A stretch of 64,000 bases of DNA from an uncultured Nitrosomonas sp. (GTDB taxonomy: Bacteria > Pseudomonadota > Gammaproteobacteria > Burkholderiales > Nitrosomonadaceae): positions 1,633-65,632 of the forward strand of contig CAZYWE010000012.1 in assembly GCA_964651625.1 (NCBI GenBank). The letters are read 5' to 3'. Positions 39,129 to 48,398 of the stretch are shown here, piece after piece. Numbering within the stretch: the stretch's first letter is position 1; each line of letters starts with the position of its first letter. The notes beneath the pieces were generated by a model. That model did no database searches and was not told the DNA's origin. It worked only from the letters and a program-made list of their open reading frames with translations. Made by a program: the position numbers and the translations under genes.

Positions 39129-39269
39129 GATGGTTACCGTTTTCTCAAGAAAGGTGTGTGAATGACGCTTACATTACCGGGTCATAGAACGGGACGATCG
39201 ATCAAATAAGAGGTAAAGAATCCGGTTAATCCGGAGAATGTTATGGGCATATCTGTTCATCGGGCGGGA

Positions 39270-40070
39270 TCATGGCACCCCGGCTCCGTTGATGATTCCC
39301 CCCGAGAGGGATCGCATGATGGAAAAACTTTCCCAAAAAATCTGGCTGAACAAGGGGGAGAAATAAGGCAGGGCCCAGGATATGACCAGCAGGCCAATCC
39401 CCAGCGTTAACGGGAACCCGACTGCGAAAATATTCAGCTGCGGGGCAGCGCGCGTCAGGATACCCAATGCAAGGTTGGTAATCAGCAATGCGGCCAGAAC
39501 GGGTAGAGCCAAATGCAGTCCCAGCGTAAAAATCCTGCTTCCCCAGCTGACGAGCGCCGTAAATGAGGCGGTATTCATTCCTTCTGCACCGATCGGCAGC
39601 GTGGTGAAACTTTCTGTCAGTATGGCGATGATTTGCAGATGTCCATCGATTGCCAGAAAAAAGAGGGTAGCCAGCAATCCGTAAAAACGGCCGATTACCT
39701 GGACCTGTCCGGATTGCTGGGGATCGAAAAAAGTGGCAAACCCCAGGCCCATCTGTAATCCTGTGATCTCGCCTGCCATTTCAATCGCTGTGAAGATGAT
39801 GCGCATGGAAAACCCCATGGCCAGTCCGATAATCACCTGTTGCACCAGTACGATCAGGCCAACACCGGAGCCCGGGTCAATCTGTGGCAGTGGAGGAAGA
39901 AGCGGTGCAACCAGAATGGCGAGCAGCACGGCCAATCCCAGTTTGACCTGTGTCGGGATCGAGCTGCTGCCCAGCATGGGAGTGCTTGCGAGAAGAGCAA
40001 GAATTCTTGCCAGCGGCCAGATCAATGCAGCCAGCCAGCCGCTCAGTTGTTCGGTGGTAATGCTGATCAT
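39270..40070 (-). CDS. fliR: Flagellar export protein FliR
   Basis: QMGLGFA.FFDP, DGHL, APQLNIF.VGFP. Confidence 0.95.
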   Translation of the reverse strand: MISITTEQLSGWLAALIWPLARILALLASTPMLGSSSIPTQVKLGLAVLLAILVAPLLPPLPQIDPGSGVGLIVLVQQVIIGLAMGFSMRIIFTAIEMAGEITGLQMGLGFATFFDPQQSGQVQVIGRFYGLLATLFFLAIDGHLQIIAILTESFTTLPIGAEGMNTASFTALVSWGSRIFTLGLHLALPVLAALLITNLALGILTRAAPQLNIFAVGFPLTLGIGLLVISWALPYFSPLFSQIFWESFSIMRSLSGGIINGAGVP

Positions 40071-40103
40071 GGGCGACCAGGCTGTTCGGGCGTCAAGTGT
40101 GAT

Positions 40104-40376
40104 TTAGCCGCTGATAATCCAAGGGATGCTGGTATAGAGCCTTTCAATGTAATCCATCATGACCTGTAATATCCAGGGGCCGGCCAGCACCAGCGTAATG
40201 AATATGGCCAGCAGCTTCGGGATGAACGACAGCGTCATCTCGTTGATCTGTGTTGCTGCCTGAAAGATGCTGATCAGCAGCCCCGTCACCAGTGCGACCA
40301 GTAATAAGGGTGCTGCAATCATCAATGTGATTTCCATCGCCTGCCGGCCAATGGACATTGCCTGTTCCGGGCTCAT
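40104..40376 (-). CDS. fliQ: Flagellar export protein FliQ
   Basis: FQAATQINEMTLSFIPK. Confidence 0.96.
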   Translation of the reverse strand: MSPEQAMSIGRQAMEITLMIAAPLLLVALVTGLLISIFQAATQINEMTLSFIPKLLAIFITLVLAGPWILQVMMDYIERLYTSIPWIISG

Positions 40377-40399
40377 GGGCTGTTCTCCTTACTCTATGG

Positions 40400-41188
40400 C
40401 TAGACGTAAAAACTCTGGGTGAGCGAGCCGATCAGCAAATGCCAGCCATCCACCAGCACAAACAGCATCAGCTTGAACGGCAGCGAAATAATCATGGGCG
40501 ACAGCATCATCATTCCCATCGCCATCAGGGTGCTGGCAACCACCATATCAATGATCAGAAAGGGAATGAATACAACAAACCCGATCTGGAATGCGGTTTT
40601 CAATTCGCTGGTGATATAGGCGGGTACCAGTATTTTCATGGGGACCTGTTCCGGGCTTTCAATCTCCTCGCCCCCGGCAATTTTGGCGAACAGGGCTATA
40701 TCCGCCTCGCGTGTCTGGCGCAGCATGAAAGATTTGAGCGGGTCGCTTGCCTTTTCCATCGCCTGAACAACGTTGATTTTGTCTTCCGAAAATGGCAGAT
40801 AGGCCTCTGTATACATTTTGTCGATCACCGGTGACATGATGAAGAAGGATAAAAACAGTGCCAGACCAAGCAGTACCTGGCTGGGAGGGGAGGATTGTGT
40901 TCCCAGTGCCTGCCGCAGCAGGGACAAAACAATAATGATACGGGTGAAGCTGGACATCATCAGCACGGTTGCCGGCAGAAACGTCAGCGAAGTCAGCAGC
41001 AGCAGCGTTTGCAGGCTGAGAGAATAAGTAGCACTGCCTCCAGCAGCAGGTGTGCTGGTAATGGCGGGAAAACCGGTTTTTTGTGCCAGCACCGGGGTAG
41101 CAAAGCAGATTCCCATTCCCAGCAACAGGGAGCCATAGTCAATACCGCGTTTATTCATGCCGGGTGAATCCGGTAATTCAGTGTTCAT
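40400..41188 (-). CDS. fliP: Flagellar export protein FliP
   Basis: [41 protein letters not shown]. Confidence 0.96.
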   Translation of the reverse strand: MNTELPDSPGMNKRGIDYGSLLLGMGICFATPVLAQKTGFPAITSTPAAGGSATYSLSLQTLLLLTSLTFLPATVLMMSSFTRIIIVLSLLRQALGTQSSPPSQVLLGLALFLSFFIMSPVIDKMYTEAYLPFSEDKINVVQAMEKASDPLKSFMLRQTREADIALFAKIAGGEEIESPEQVPMKILVPAYITSELKTAFQIGFVVFIPFLIIDMVVASTLMAMGMMMLSPMIISLPFKLMLFVLVDGWHLLIGSLTQSFYV

Positions 41189-41687
41189 GATTCTGCTCCA
41201 GAGAGGCTTGCAGCTTTTCTGTAAAACGATTGGCAGCAGGTGATTCTGTTACTTCGCCCGCTGCCGGTGATTTTTTGTGCATCTGGTGCAGCAGATTGAC
41301 CTGCCCCGGTGCAACACCCAATACCAGCCAGGTATCGTCGATCTCGGCAATCACTACTTTTTCCCGCTGCCCGACGCTGGCTGCCGAAATAATTTTCAGT
41401 AATCCAGTCCGGCTGGCGGGATGAAAGCCGATTTTTCTGAATAGCCAGGCAATCAGCGCAATCAGTGCCAATACCACCAGCAGGCTTGCAGAAAGCTGCA
41501 ACATGCTCTCAGTGGAAATGACCGGAGGTGGCGGGAGGTAGGACTGGGTATGGGGCTGGTTTTTTGCCGGTTCGGCAAGCAGCGGTTGTGGCAGGTACAG
41601 CAGCAGCCACCACCAGACAGTGCCTGCCCGGATGCGAATATACCGAATGTATTGCATGGATCTGACGGCTGGTTTCATGCGAATCAA
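41178..41687 (-). CDS. fliO: Flagellar protein FliO; start uncertain
   Basis: TM helix then [13 protein letters not shown]; lies between fliN and fliP. Confidence 0.88.
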   Translation of the reverse strand: MIRMKPAVRSMQYIRYIRIRAGTVWWWLLLYLPQPLLAEPAKNQPHTQSYLPPPPVISTESMLQLSASLLVVLALIALIAWLFRKIGFHPASRTGLLKIISAASVGQREKVVIAEIDDTWLVLGVAPGQVNLLHQMHKKSPAAGEVTESPAANRFTEKLQASLEQNHEH

Positions 41688-41688
41688 C

Positions 41689-42159
41689 TTAGCGGTTGAG
41701 TTTGCGTATGCGTTCGCTGGGCGTGATGATGTCAGTCAGGCGAATGCCAAATTTATCGTTGACAACCACCACTTCCCCCTGGGCGATCAGACAGCCGTTG
41801 ACCAGTACATCCATCGGCTCACCCGCCATGCCGTCCAGTTCCACTACGGAGCCCTGCGCCAGCTGCAGCAGATTTTTGATCGCGATACGGGTGCGGCCCA
41901 GCTCGACGGTCAGTTGCACGGGAATATCCAGAATCATGTCGATGTCGTTACGGGTATCATTCAGCACATCGTTTCTGGAAAACTGCTCGAAAACGGGTGA
42001 TGGCCTCGCCAGACTATCACCTGCCAGCTGCGCAGATGAAGGGGGAGGGGAGGCATCATCATGAGAGACAGATTGTTCTTCAGCTGCCTGCTGCTCTGCC
42101 ATGGCGGCAGCCCAGTCGTCCTGTTCGGTTTGCGGTTCTATCAATGTGGATTCATTCAT
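41689..42159 (-). CDS. fliN: Flagellar motor switch FliN
   Basis: DDWAAAM, ILDIPV.LTVELGRT, GEVVVV.DKFGIR. Confidence 0.96.
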   Translation of the reverse strand: MNESTLIEPQTEQDDWAAAMAEQQAAEEQSVSHDDASPPPSSAQLAGDSLARPSPVFEQFSRNDVLNDTRNDIDMILDIPVQLTVELGRTRIAIKNLLQLAQGSVVELDGMAGEPMDVLVNGCLIAQGEVVVVNDKFGIRLTDIITPSERIRKLNR

Positions 42160-42173
42160 CTTCTGCTCCGGTA

Positions 42174-43163
42174 TCAGTCAGTTTCGTTTGGAGATCGTAT
42201 GGTTTTGACTTTGAGTGCGTAGCGCTCATTGAGAATGCCGTAATGGCAATCCATGACCGGTACATTGTTTGCTGTGGCGACAACGGTATCCGGGATATCG
42301 AGTGCAATGACATCACCTTCCTGCATATTGAGTATCTGGTGCAGCGTTACCTTGGCCTGACCCAGATTGGCAATGATTTCTATTTCTGCTCCCTGCACCT
42401 GTCTGGTTAATGATCTGATCCAGTTTTTATCCACCTCCGCCCGGTCTTCTTGCATGCTGTTATTGAGCAGGTCGCGTATCGGTTCCAGCATGGTGTAGGG
42501 GATGCAGATGTAAAAATCGCCGCGATTGCCCCCCAGGTTGAGCTCAAAGCTGCTTGCAACGACCATATCATTAGGCGTCACGATATTGGCGAACTGCGGG
42601 TTCATTTCTGCACGAAGATACTCAAACTTGACCGGGTAAACCGAATGCCATGCTTTTTCGTAGTGATCGAACAGCACATCCAGCAAACGCCGGATGATGC
42701 CCTGTTCGGTCATGGTAAATTCCCGTCCTTCCACCCGGGTATGGAAACGGCCATCCCCGCCAAACAGGTTGTCCACGATCAGGAAGATCAGATTGGGATC
42801 GATGGTGAACAGCGCCGTACCACGCAACGGTTTCATGCTGATCAGATTGATGTTTGCCGGAACAACCAGTGAACGGGTAAATTCGCTGTATTTAATGGTT
42901 CTGACTGAACCGGCGGAAATATCAACACCTCGGCGCAGAAAGTTGTACAGACCGATCTGTAGTGAATTGGCAAAACGCGCGTTGATGATTTCCAGAGCGG
43001 GCATGCGTCCACGCACGATCCGCTCCTGCGTTGCCATGTTGTAGGGGCGCACCCCGCCCGGATAAGTGACCTCGTCTTCTTTCTGGGCAGCCTGATGCTT
43101 GTTGCCGCTGTCAAAATTCAGCAGCGCATCAACTTCATCCTGGGTGAGAAAATTCTCGGCCAT
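42174..43163 (-). CDS. fliM: Flagellar motor switch FliM
   Basis: LTQDEVDALL, RIVRGRMP.LE, EGREFT. Confidence 0.96.
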   Translation of the reverse strand: MAENFLTQDEVDALLNFDSGNKHQAAQKEDEVTYPGGVRPYNMATQERIVRGRMPALEIINARFANSLQIGLYNFLRRGVDISAGSVRTIKYSEFTRSLVVPANINLISMKPLRGTALFTIDPNLIFLIVDNLFGGDGRFHTRVEGREFTMTEQGIIRRLLDVLFDHYEKAWHSVYPVKFEYLRAEMNPQFANIVTPNDMVVASSFELNLGGNRGDFYICIPYTMLEPIRDLLNNSMQEDRAEVDKNWIRSLTRQVQGAEIEIIANLGQAKVTLHQILNMQEGDVIALDIPDTVVATANNVPVMDCHYGILNERYALKVKTIRSPNETD

Positions 43164-43175
43164 GGCAGGTTGGGC

Positions 43176-43688
43176 TTACTGAATGATAAAAGAGGTGAAC
43201 AGAACTTCCAGAACATCGTCTTCCAGATCTTCAGAATCCACCTTTGATTTAATTGCCTGAATGATCTCCTGGCCGAGTTTCTGCTTGCCATCCAGCGTGT
43301 TGATTTCAGATGGTTTTTTGCTGGTCAGCAATAGCAGGATCTGGTTGCGGACTTCCGGTTTTTTTTCATCGATAATCTTGATGACATCGGATTCATTGGT
43401 CTTGATGGAGAGTTCCACCTGCAGGTAATGGGGCTGCCTGTCATCCGGCTTTTCGGATTGCAGGTTGACGGTAAAGCTTTCCAGCTTGATGAAAGCGGTT
43501 GGCATGTTCTTCTTTTTTTTCTTTTTATCAGTGACTTCTGTTTCATCATCTGTCTGCAGATGTTTCATGTAATACCAGGTGCCGCCCACTCCTGCGCCGA
43601 TGGCCAGTATTCCAACAAGAATCAGTAAAATGACCTTTTTTTTGCCACCTGTGGCGGCGGGTGCGGCCAGTGCTGTTGCTTCGCTCAT
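43176..43688 (-). CDS. fliL: Flagellar basal body protein FliL
   Basis: KKK + TM helix, FTVNL, VLFTSFIIQ. Confidence 0.93.
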   Translation of the reverse strand: MSEATALAAPAATGGKKKVILLILVGILAIGAGVGGTWYYMKHLQTDDETEVTDKKKKKKNMPTAFIKLESFTVNLQSEKPDDRQPHYLQVELSIKTNESDVIKIIDEKKPEVRNQILLLLTSKKPSEINTLDGKQKLGQEIIQAIKSKVDSEDLEDDVLEVLFTSFIIQ

Positions 43689-43967
43689 GAATTTCTCCTG
43701 CGTGGATATAAGTACGAGCGAATTATGGTGAGTGGCGGGTGATTTTGATAACCTGAATAATCACCTAAACGCCGGTTATTTCCCTGTTCTGGCAGGGGAG
43801 AAGCGTGCTATACCGCTGTGGGGGGAGGCTCCGGGGCGGGTGGAAATAAAAACCAGGAAATTTGCTAAAGTCAGACAAGAGGCAGTCGTTATACTCCCCA
43901 GCAGTATTCAAGAAGCGCAATACCCTGAAAATTTTGTTTTATTTATTAACTAATGGAGAACTTGACC

Positions 43968-44378
43968 ATGCAACACGTACAAAAAGGTTTTACTTTGATT
44001 GAATTGATGATCGTGGTGGCGATCATTGGAATTCTGGCGGCCGTGGCGATCCCGGCTTATTCAGATTATCAGGCCAAATCGAAGGTAACGGCTGGCTTGG
44101 CAGAAATTTCAGCTGGAAAAACTGCATTTGAAGATCGAGTCAACAATGGCGATGCGGTTGGCACTGACCCTACAGTTATTGGCCTTAAAACACCAACTAG
44201 CAATTGCACTATTGTTACCTCATCAAACTCTATTGAATGTACGCTTACGAATGCTCCGTCTCAAGTTGCCGGTAAAAAAATTACTTTGACACGGGCTGAT
44301 GGGACTTGGACATGTGCCTCCGATGCGGACAGTAAATACACTCCAAAAAGCTGCCCTGGTGTTACTCCTGCTCCTTAA
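43968..44378 (+). CDS. pilA: Type IVa major pilin
   Basis: QKG|[28 protein letters not shown]-terminal W.C...P..C loop; GGAG RBS before ATG 43968. Confidence 0.93.
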   Translation: MQHVQKGFTLIELMIVVAIIGILAAVAIPAYSDYQAKSKVTAGLAEISAGKTAFEDRVNNGDAVGTDPTVIGLKTPTSNCTIVTSSNSIECTLTNAPSQVAGKKITLTRADGTWTCASDADSKYTPKSCPGVTPAP

Positions 44379-44397
44379 TAGCACTACTAAACAAATC

Positions 44398-44428
44398 GAA
44401 ACCGCCCTCGGGAAACTTGGGCGGTTTC
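44398..44428 (+). terminator. Hairpin terminator after pilA
   Basis: GAAACCGCCC/GGGCGGTTTC stem. Confidence 0.65.
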
Positions 44429-44518
44429 CCAAATAAAAAATAAATCAAAGAAATAAAGAAATAAAAGGACACCCATATTGTTTGACAGTTTTTACTTTGC
44501 CGGCTAAACTCCCTTCCC

Positions 44519-45664
44519 ATGACTAAACCCCGTTCCTCCCTCATTTCTCTTTCCGATACGCCGTGGTATCACGTTGTCTGTCGTTGTGTGCGACGGGCAT
44601 TTTTGTGTGGTGAGGATGCGCATACCGGGCAAAATTTTGATCATCGTCGCGGCTGGATTGTGGAGCGGGTAAAGCAGCTTGCCGGGGTGTTTGCTATTGA
44701 TGTGGCGGCGTATGCGGTGATGAGCAATCATTATCATCTGGTGTTGCGAGTGGATGCTGTGCGGGCGCAGCGCTGGAGCCGGGATGAGGTGTTGCGGCGC
44801 TGGACGCAGCTGTTTTCCGGTCCGTTGCTGGTGCAGCGTTTGCTGGTTGGGGAAAGTGGCGACCTGGATCAGGGGGAGCTGGCGGCAATTGATGAATGGG
44901 CGGAGGTCTGGCGTGCGAGATTGTGTGATTTGTCGTGGTTTATGCGGGTGTTGAATGAATCGGTGGCTCGTCAGGCAAATGAGGAAGATAAGGTAACCGG
45001 CCGTTTCTGGGAGGGGCGCTTCAAGAGTCAGGCGCTGCTGGATGAGGAGGCGGTGCTGACGGCGATGGTTTATGTTGATCTGAACCCGATTCGTGCGGCG
45101 ATGGCAGAGACGCCGGAGGATTCGGAATACACCTCGGTGGCTGAGCGTTTAACGCAATTGCAGTCGCCGTCACTGATCGGAAAAAAGCATCGGTTACAAA
45201 AGCATGCCGGGGGGCAGCGTGTAAAGCGGAAAGGGATCTCCCCGTTTTTGCCGATCAAATCAAAAAATATTTCTGTTGATGCAAGTGAGGAAACGCGATC
45301 GAAAAGCCATTTGGTACAGTTGGCGCAACTGCCGTTGCAGCCTTTGCTTCCGTTTGATGCGGCTGGTGAGCTGCGCGCTGCCATTCCGTTTGCTTTTGAG
45401 GATTACTTCGATCTGATTGAAACGACTGGTCGTTGTCTGCATCCGAATAAACGCGGCAAAATTGGTGGGCAGGTGCCGGCGTTATTGCAGCGCTTGGAGA
45501 TTGATCCGGAACGGTTCATCGACTGTGCGGCGAATCTGATGAAACATTTTGGCAGTGCGGTTGGTGCTCCGGCGCATCTTGTCAAGCTGTGCGCTACCCG
45601 GCAGGTAAAATATCTGCGTGGTATGCGTGCCGCCCGAGGTGCTTTTTCGCAGAAGGCGGCATGA
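44519..45664 (+). mobile_element. Y1 HUH (IS200/RAYT-superfamily) transposase
   Basis: TPWYHVVCRCVRRAFLCG, YAVMSNHYH (HUH), FWEGRFKSQ, catalytic-type YVDLNP; ORF intact. Confidence 0.88.
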
Positions 45665-45799
45665 TTGCCGCGTTGTGAAGGCTGTAATGCCAATTGGAAC
45701 GGTTGACGGTTTTCGGGGGTGATTTTCAGGAAACCTTAACCGTTCTTTTATTGTCTGCTGTGTTATGCTTTGGCGGAAAAATTAAAGGAAAACAATGCA

Positions 45800-46159
45800 A
45801 TGGCGCTGGCGCAGGAAGATATCGCTGTTATTCAGGACCTGATTACGAAAGCACTGTCTGAAAGACCGGAGTTTGGGTTGGCGAATGTACGCTACGAACT
45901 TGAACTGAGGGAGCGGATTGTTCGTGTGGAAGAAGAGCTGAAACATCAGCGGGCTTTGATGCTGGAAGGCTTCAAGCAGATGGAGAAGCGCTTTGAACAG
46001 ATAGATAAACGTTTCGAGCAGGTAGATAAACGGTTTGAACAGGTGGATAAACGGTTTGAATTGCTGACTGCCCGCATTGACCGTTTCATGATCTGGTCGT
46101 TTGCCACCACGCTGACGGTAGGCGGTCTGGTTGTTGCGGCGGTTCGGTTTTTACCTTGA
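45800..46159 (+). CDS. Small coiled-coil protein with C-terminal membrane anchor (DUF1640/Bdr-like architecture)
   Basis: Repeated KRFEQ(V/I)D heptads then a hydrophobic tail; ATG at 45800. Confidence 0.75.
   Translation: MALAQEDIAVIQDLITKALSERPEFGLANVRYELELRERIVRVEEELKHQRALMLEGFKQMEKRFEQIDKRFEQVDKRFEQVDKRFELLTARIDRFMIWSFATTLTVGGLVVAAVRFLP
45986..46050 (+). repeat. Coding 21-bp tandem repeat (~3 units, KRFEQVD)
   Basis: AAACGGTTTGAACAGGTGGAT-like units with synonymous changes. Confidence 0.85.
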
Positions 46160-46188
46160 GACAGGCGGTGATGCGACTGGAAAATTCT

Positions 46189-46659
46189 TTACAGCCAGCG
46201 ACGTACCCTGATTTTGTAGTCTCGGTAAATATTCCCAAATCTGGCTTCCAGATGTGCTTCTTCATGGCGGATGACGCCATAACGCAGCATTACCCAGATC
46301 AATGGCGCAAAGAACAGTGGCCACCAGGTTGACAGCAGCATCGATGAGCCAATGAATATTAGCCAGTCCCCAAGGTATATCGGGTTGCGACTGTAGCGGA
46401 ATGGCCCGGTGGTACATAAACTGGAAGCCGCTTTGTAGGGATTGACGGTGGTTTTATGTCGCCAGAGGGTAACGGCTGTCCATGCCAGAAGTGCCAATCC
46501 CATGATTATGCCCAGCCAGCCAATTGGCCGGGTAACTTCACCCCAATTCCAGGGAAGCAGTTGAATATTTCGGTCTATCCACCACCCCATCGCGATGGCT
46601 GCGGCGTAAGGTGCAGGTGGAAGAATCAATGTGCGCGGGCGGTGAGTGTTGTGATCCAT
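46189..46659 (-). CDS. Isoprenylcysteine carboxyl methyltransferase / PEMT family membrane protein
   Basis: GPFRYSRNPIYLG, EE..LE.RFG..Y..Y..RVRRWL; start likely ATG 46659. Confidence 0.88.
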   Translation of the reverse strand: MDHNTHRPRTLILPPAPYAAAIAMGWWIDRNIQLLPWNWGEVTRPIGWLGIIMGLALLAWTAVTLWRHKTTVNPYKAASSLCTTGPFRYSRNPIYLGDWLIFIGSSMLLSTWWPLFFAPLIWVMLRYGVIRHEEAHLEARFGNIYRDYKIRVRRWL

Positions 46660-46935
46660 GATAACCGGTTTTGTGTTTGCATTACGGCCGTTAGACAAAG
46701 GAAAAAGCGGAAATTCACTTGTTTTTAGATGCAAAGATAATGAATTACTTGATAGAATGTAGCCGGTTTGTATTAACCAGGGCCGGTGGGATAAGGTACC
46801 GGTCAGTAATCTGTGCCGATGATTTGAGCTGATTTTTCAAGACTGGGAAGAGCTGGTCAGGGGTAAGGTTACAGGGAGGCCTGAAAGGCTATCAGGTAAG
46901 GGATTTTGTTTTGGGAAACTTGAAGAGGAGTGCAA

Positions 46936-47211
46936 ATGAACAAGGTAATCGTCGCAGCATTTGTTTCTGTTTTTGTACTGGGTTCTACAGCAACATTTGC
47001 CAGTGGAAATCTGGAATCTTCTTTGGCGCCAATCAGTGCTGAAGATTTGCTTAACTACATCTCTTGCAAAGACAAGAAAGCGACAGATGTTGTAAAAAGC
47101 CATTCTAAAACAGAAAACGGCAAAGTTGTCAGAGTAAAGTGCGGTGATGCTGTTGCTATCGCCCAGAAAGCAAGAGAAAAATCGGGTGCTGCCTGGAAGG
47201 GTGGTTACTAA
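46936..47211 (+). CDS. Periplasmic homolog of NE1300, the hydroxylamine oxidoreductase-binding protein
   Basis: Signal peptide then SGNLESSLAPISA...CKDKK.TDVVKSH...ENGK.VRVKCGD...W.GGY, recognised from the recalled N. europaea sequence; GAGGAG RBS. Confidence 0.82.
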   Translation: MNKVIVAAFVSVFVLGSTATFASGNLESSLAPISAEDLLNYISCKDKKATDVVKSHSKTENGKVVRVKCGDAVAIAQKAREKSGAAWKGGY

Positions 47212-47224
47212 TCCGCTTTTCTTC

Positions 47225-47257
47225 AAAAAAGGCCTGCTCAGCAGGCCTTTTTTATTT
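47225..47257. terminator. Bidirectional intrinsic terminator
   Basis: AAAAAAGGCCTGC-TCA-GCAGGCCTTTTTT between convergent genes. Confidence 0.85.
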
Positions 47258-47420
47258 GGCGGCCTCGCGAGCTGATTACAGTGAACGAAGCGCAATTGCA
47301 TGAGGGGTAACTGAGTGTATGAGAGAAGCGCAGAGCGGGGTTGTGAGTTGACGAACAGGAACAGAAGGTGCTGCCGGACAAAGAGCGTTCAGCTCTGTGT
47401 CAATGTGTGAAGTTGTACAG

Positions 47421-48398
47421 TCAAACATTCATACCGGTTGCGGAACGGTGCGCCAGTGCCTGTTCCAGCGCGTCAATCATCAGCCCGGCAACGTTGATGC
47501 CGGTTTGATCAGAAATTTCCCGCATGCCGGTTGGGCTGGTGACGTTTATTTCCGTCAGGTGGCTGCCGATAACATCCAGCCCTACCAGCATCAGGCCGCG
47601 CGCATAAAGTATCGATCCAAGTTCTTCAGAGATTTCCCTGTCGTGAACTGATAGGGGTTGTGCCTTGCCGGTACCTCCGGCTGCCAGGTTGCCACGTGTT
47701 TCGCCCGGTTTTGGAATACGGGCGAGCGCGTAATCAACAGGCTTTCCGGCAATCAGCAATATGCGTTTATCACCTTCCCTGATTTCCGGTAAAAACCGCT
47801 GTGCCATGATGGTGCGCGTGCCGTAGCGTGTTAGTGTTTCAATGATGACGCCAATATTATGGTCAGTGCTTTGTACGCGGAAGATGCTCGCTCCACCCAT
47901 GCCATCCAGTGGTTTCAGGATAATATCTTCGTGCTCAGCCAGAAATCCGAGAATCAACTGCTCCTGACTGGTAACCAGTGAGGGGGGGGTAAATTGGGGA
48001 AATTCAGTGATTGCCAGTTTTTCATTGTGATCACGGATACTTCTCGGACTGTTTACGACATAAGCACCCTGGCGTTCGGCCAGTTCGAGAAGATAAGTGC
48101 TATAAATATATTCTGTATCGAAAGGAGGATCTTTGCGCATGAGTACGGCATCGAATCTGGACAGTGGGATTTCTTCAGTGACTCCTTCCTTGTACCAGTG
48201 ATAGGGGCTGTCTGGCAGATCAATCAGTGTTAGTGGCCGGACAAAGCCAACTACCTGGTGGTTTTTCCATGCCAGATCACTTTGTTGCAGAGTGTATAGC
48301 TGATGGTGTCGTGATGCTGCTTCGCGCATCATGGCATAGCTTGAATCTTTACCAATTTTGATACTGTCGAGCGGATCCAGGATGAAAGCCAGCTTCAT
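47421..48398 (-). CDS. gshB: Glutathione synthetase
   Basis: MRKDPPFD, KPLDGMGG, RGNLAAGG, EINVTSPT. Confidence 0.96.
   Translation of the reverse strand: MKLAFILDPLDSIKIGKDSSYAMMREAASRHHQLYTLQQSDLAWKNHQVVGFVRPLTLIDLPDSPYHWYKEGVTEEIPLSRFDAVLMRKDPPFDTEYIYSTYLLELAERQGAYVVNSPRSIRDHNEKLAITEFPQFTPPSLVTSQEQLILGFLAEHEDIILKPLDGMGGASIFRVQSTDHNIGVIIETLTRYGTRTIMAQRFLPEIREGDKRILLIAGKPVDYALARIPKPGETRGNLAAGGTGKAQPLSVHDREISEELGSILYARGLMLVGLDVIGSHLTEINVTSPTGMREISDQTGINVAGLMIDALEQALAHRSATGMNV

Noticed and set aside
43790-43805. Sigma54 -24/-12 site for pilA (TGGCAGGGGAGAAGCG)
   Set aside because: GG-N10-GC spacing fits but the TTGC element is missing; too weak to call
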